Below, one piece after another: positions 59,395-64,000 of a DNA stretch of 64,000 nucleotides. The stretch covers positions 744,001-808,000 of the forward strand of contig OZ374557.1 of the NCBI GenBank assembly GCA_977862235.1. The letters run 5' to 3'. A program made the position numbers and the translations under genes. The DNA is from Dudresnaya verticillata (Eukaryota). Under the pieces are notes generated by a model that worked only from the letters and a program-made list of their open reading frames with translations, was not told where the DNA came from and did no database searches. Within the stretch, counting starts at the first letter, position 1; each line of letters opens with the position of its first letter.

Positions 59395-60075
59395 CGTTTA
59401 CGGAATTCCGTTCAGCATAGTTTGCTTTTGTAGCGTTCGCCGTAGACGCCAGGGAGGTGGCGGCAGTAGTCGGCTGAGGCCTTTGTAGGGGTGTTCCCCA
59501 GTTGTTGTGTGTAAAAGGGATTTCGTGGGACTCCACATCTTAGCGAGGTAGGGGGGTCGCGTCGGGTCCGATGAGTGCACATTGCGGTGTGGAATTCCAC
59601 TTTTTGTATACACTCTGCGTGAAGGTGCCCCCTTCCCATGGGGGAGCGGATGCCTAGGGCCATCGACGGCTCACGGTAGGGGCTACCGAATACCATGTGA
59701 GGCATAATTGCATTTGGGTTCGCTGACCCATGCGTGGCGGCATCGGCCCTATGATTACGGAATTCCATTGTAAGCATAACTGCTTTGGTAGAATCCGCCG
59801 TAGACGGCTCGGGGGCAGCTGTGGTGCGCGACTGCGCTTTGCGTCGGTCTGTACAGGGTTGTTCCCCTTTGTATTCGCCAACAAGGGCGTTGTGGGGAGC
59901 CTCATATCAGCGGGGTATTGAGCGTGGCGTTGGTTTGACGCGAATGTCCCGCGATGCGGAATTCCGCTTTTTGTGTACAACCTGCGTCAAGGCGTTCCCC
60001 TTCGTATGGGGGAACGCCAGCTCAAGGCCGTTGGTGGCTAGGAACAATCGTCACGGAATCCCGTTTTGTGCATGC
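59395..60075. repeat. Diverged ~360-bp tandem duplication in the Gypsy-2 3' region
   Basis: GGAATTCC-anchored blocks at ~59401/59759 and ~59591/59958 align. Confidence 0.7.
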
Positions 60076-60369
60076 TCGCGTCGTTGACTTAGTCGTATCC
60101 GACTTTGGGAGCGACGATGGCGATCAATTGCGGCAGACCGCTAGGGTGAGTGGGTGCGCGTGGGGAAGCTCTGATTGGTGCGGTGATAATTATTATCGTG
60201 GCCGAGCAATGAGATACGATATTGTGGCGTACAGTACTCCCATCGTGTGTGCGGCAGCTACTGTGGCATCGACTCCCCAATGTGGTATGTCCACTCCATG
60301 TGTGACTTAGCAGATATCTGCACACTTGCTATTTTGGGAGGCTAGCCCACCATGGCCTTTGTAATGGTG

Positions 60370-62629
60370 GCGGGGACGCCGAGGCGTCTCCTTTTACAAT
60401 AGGAGATGACTTGGCTTCGGGGGAGGTGTTGTATGGGCTCCCACGTATTTTGGGATGACGGGTACCCGTACCATTTGACTTCAAACAGAAGTTATGTATT
60501 ATCATAACTGTGGTTCTCCACTTTTTCGATGACATACTCGTCACGTGGCGGAGTGCCTTCATTGTTTCGGCGCCTTGCGCATTGATGACAGGGTGTCATC
60601 TGGCGCCGGTGCTTGAGGTGGGTTCTCTGGCCGAGTGTCCAGCTGTGACACGCGTGGCGCGGCGGTGGCAATACGGCGACTCCGTCTGGGGCTTGGCGTG
60701 CCAATGGTCGCGGTTGTGACTTGATTGCGGTCTGCCGCTTCTGGTCCGAGGCGCCGGCTCACGAGAGGCCGCGTAGGGATTTCCCTAATGATGTCGTCAA
60801 ACGTGACGCTCTTTCTTGGTGGGCGTGAAGCATTCTCCTTGTGGTGGTCTTGCGTTCTCAACGCGTCTGGCGCCACATCGCGTGTCGTGCTTTCAGGGGT
60901 AATCCTTCCCCTCAGCGGGTCGGGTTTCGGCCTGACTAGGGGGCCCTGGCGCGGAGCTCTGGGTTACTCGACGAGTAGGCGAGTCTTTGCGGAGTATGTC
61001 CGGCGTGGTTGCTTCTTGAGGAATATCCACATTATCAAGGGTAGTTCTCGTTGGTTGCGAGAGGGGCTTCCCTCGAGGAGTATTTCCCGGGGCGGAAGTT
61101 GTGCCTGTGTGGTGTGCAGATTGCCGTTGACGAGGCATTTCCTCCCCTACTGTACCGTTGACGGCCTTGGCGCTTTCCGAACCGGCGTGCGGTTGATACG
61201 CAATGGGGTGCCGATTTGCGCGGGCGTCGTTCGCTGGCATATATTCCGGCTCCGCACTTGCGGGCGCAGGCGTTGGTGTGGAGGCGGTGGCTTCAGCGCG
61301 TGTGGTAGGTGGTGAGTGAATTGCGGTAGTCCACGTGCGGACGCCAGAGGTGCATCCGGGTACTATGGGCGGCGGTAAATCCGCCAACCCGAGATCATTG
61401 CGTGGCTGTATGGCTGGCGCCACAGCATGAAAGGTAATTGGGGCAATTTCCCCGTGAGGCACAGTAGCTACGGCGGGGTACGGTACTCGAGTCTGATCAT
61501 TATCGGGATCGTTCGTTGGCGGTAAATCCGTATTTGTCGGGTGTGCCGTCCCCTCGGCGTTGGCTTGGTTGGTCGCGTCCCTTGGTGGGGCGGGTGCCAA
61601 CACGACCCTGTCGCGGGAAATCCGCTCGTATTCAGGCCCGTCCTTCTCGACGGTGACCGTCTTATCATTTGCGTCACTCACGCGGTAGGGGCCGTCGGCG
61701 ATAGGGACCCGTTTGCGTTTTGGGGTATCCTTCCCATAGTAATCCTTGCGTACGTAGACGTAGGAGTCTACTCCAATGACGTCGCGTGAGGGACGTACCC
61801 TGTTATCGAAATTACGCTTGTATCGCGCTTGTGTGTGGTCAACGCCTTTGGTGGCCATTGACAGTAGTCCTGTGAGCCAGGACTGCCACTTGGCGTGGAA
61901 TGTAGCCGAACTCGGCACTGGTTCCAGTGAGGGATGTGCCTCGACACTTAGTGCGGGTGGATGTCTGGAACGTACCAGTTGGAAGGGGGCCAGGTTAGTG
62001 GTAGAATAAACTGGCGTATTGTACGCGTAGGTGATGGCATCTGAGAATAGATCCCATTCACGCGGATGGTACGCAACGTAGTGCAGTAGCGCGGCGCGCA
62101 TTGTGCGGTTGAACCACTCAAACTGCCCATTGCATTGGGGGTGATAGGTTGTAGTAAAGAGGTTTTTGATCCCCAACGTTCCACATAACGACTGAAACAA
62201 CTTTGCGGCAAATCGTCCGCCATTGTCCGATAGTAGATACAACGGAGGTCCGTAGACGTAGACCCATTGCGTAATGAACGCTTCGGCGACTTTCGCAGCC
62301 GTGATCTTCTTCATCGGAACTGTCCGAACGAGTTTGGAGACACGGTCTGTGATGACCAAAAGGAACCGATTACCTCGTTTTGTGCGAATTAGTTCGCCAT
62401 AGATATCAATGGAGACAAACTCCAGCGGAGCTTTTTCTGGAAACAGCTTCATGTGCTTTGTATTACGGCGTAGCATAACTAGATTGCGTGCACAGGTTGT
62501 GCAGTTTCGTACGGTGGCGTAACAGTCCACAGCCATGGAAGGCCAGTAGAATGATCTACGGAGTGAGTAATATATCTTGCGACCACCGGGATGTCCGGAT
62601 AGTTTCGGGAAGTGTGCCAAGTGTAGCAC
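60370..62629 (-). pseudogene. Gypsy-2 integrase + degenerate chromodomain
   Basis: GHPG...CTTC, VSID, SDNG, YHPQCNG and GPY; EYVIEKVENH...*...VKWYGYPSSQNTWEP at ~60430-60545. Confidence 0.92.
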
Positions 62630-62652
62630 ACGTGCGCGAAGAGTAAATGGTA

Positions 62653-64000
62653 TTACAATTTGAGGAAGTGCCTCTCGTGTGCGGATGAGGACTCCTGTCT
62701 CGTCCAGCGCGAAAGGTAACCCCTCCCCCCGTTAAGACGAGAACGCAGGGAGGTGCAGAGAGCATCGGCTAATTGCGTTTGAAGAAGCTCTTCCGTCGTG
62801 ATTGGGCGCAAGAGCTCAGTTTGGGTTGACGGCGGATTCGCCAGAAGGAGTTGGTCGGAGACTTCGTCGTCCAATTCGAGGAATTCCTCCTTATATAAAA
62901 CGGCGCAGGTTGAAGGAACGTCCGCCTCAACGTGGAGACACGGAATTTCGCCGTCGATATCGACTTGGGTTTCGCCAAGCGTTTGAAGACGCGAAAGGGC
63001 GTCCGCTTGGGTGTTGATGCGTCCCTTCTTGTAGCGGACGTCAAAGTCGAATTCCGACATACGTAAGCGCCAGCGCATAAGGCGCCCGGAGGGATCATTA
63101 ATCTCCATTAGCCAACGAAGAGAGGAGTGATCGGTGTGTATGGTAAACGTTTCCATTTGTAGGTAGGACCGTAAAGTGGTATCAGCCCACACCAATGCCA
63201 AACACTCCTTCTCAGAAACCGAGTAGTTCTTTTCGGCGGCCTGGAGAGAACGGGACCAGTACCCGAGGAGTTTCCTCGTACCGTCGGTGTGCGTTTGGAA
63301 TAAGGCGCAACCGACCTGGTAGTTCGACGCGTCGGTATCGACAGAATAGGGCAAGCCAGGTTTTGGCAGAGATAGTACCCGTGGTTCCGTGACAGCTTTG
63401 ATCAGCGTCTGGAACGCGGCCTCTTGTTTGTCGTCGAGCGACTCAATATTGTCCGGGTGATCCTTTTTCAGGAGCTGGTTCAGTGGTCCTGCCACATGAG
63501 AGTAATTGGGGACAAACCTCCTATATACGTTGCACAATCCGAGGAAAGACCTCAATTCAGTTTGTGTACGTGGGTATTTTGCTTTGCGGAGTGCCGCAGT
63601 GACCGTTGGGTCGACCCGCAGTTCGCCGGGCGGATGATATGGCCCAGGTAGTTGACGGTGTTTGTGAATAAGTCACATTTCTTCAGTTTGAGGGTAACCC
63701 CGGCTTGGTCCGATGCAGTCAGGATCTGCTCTACGTGTTTAAAGTGGGATTCCACGTCCTTGGAGTAGATGATAAAATCGTCCAAGTAAACGAGGCATGT
63801 CTGCCACTTGAAACCTGAGAGCAGGATATCCAGGGTCCGCTGGAAGGTAACGGGTGCATTGGTAAGGCCAAATGGTATTCTCTTGTAGCGGAAGGATCCC
63901 GCATGGCATGTAAACGTGGTTTTGTCACGATCGCAACCGTTGGTGGGGATTTTCAAATACCCCGAGTTGCAATCGAGTGTAGTAAAGACGTTTGCTTCGC
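62653..64000 (-). pseudogene. Gypsy-2 RT-RNase H, frameshifted
   Basis: PFGLTNAP, YLDD, DTDAS, TDH, ADALSR. Confidence 0.95.

Larger units (their letters stand above)
55836..64000 (-). mobile_element. Ty3/Gypsy chromovirus (Gypsy-2), runs off the window end
   Basis: 3' LTR 55836-56613 with PPT GGGGGGAGA; RT, RH, IN and chromodomain. Confidence 0.93.

Overview
Eukaryotic, transposon-saturated window with no intact host gene. A red-algal origin is my inference from the intronless ORFs and TE types, not proven. Contents from left to right: the tail of a Gypsy accessory ORF; an internally deleted Copia (1299-5245); an argininosuccinate lyase pseudogene fragment; a MITE; and a degenerate cargo region (7.6-17 kb). 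That region encodes a ParB-like + beta-class amino-DNA methyltransferase (DPPY) + En/Spm TNP1-like fusion, a second ORF with the same C-terminal domain, and a Cys-rich putative transposase. Next are a Helitron (RepHel 19.9-25.4 kb) and a triple nest (old Gypsy LTR < Copia 30427-48759 carrying an extra zinc-finger ORF < full-length chromovirus 33516-47142). The right end holds a CACTA-like transposase remnant, an inverted copy of the Helitron end, and a piggyBac-like transposase interrupted by a second chromovirus. Both chromoviruses carry a conserved Trp-rich antisense ORF of unknown function. Best candidates for novelty: the transposon-associated ParB-methyltransferase fusion, the antisense Gypsy ORF family and the Copia zinc-finger ORF. 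All domain calls are from motif recognition by eye; no searches were run.
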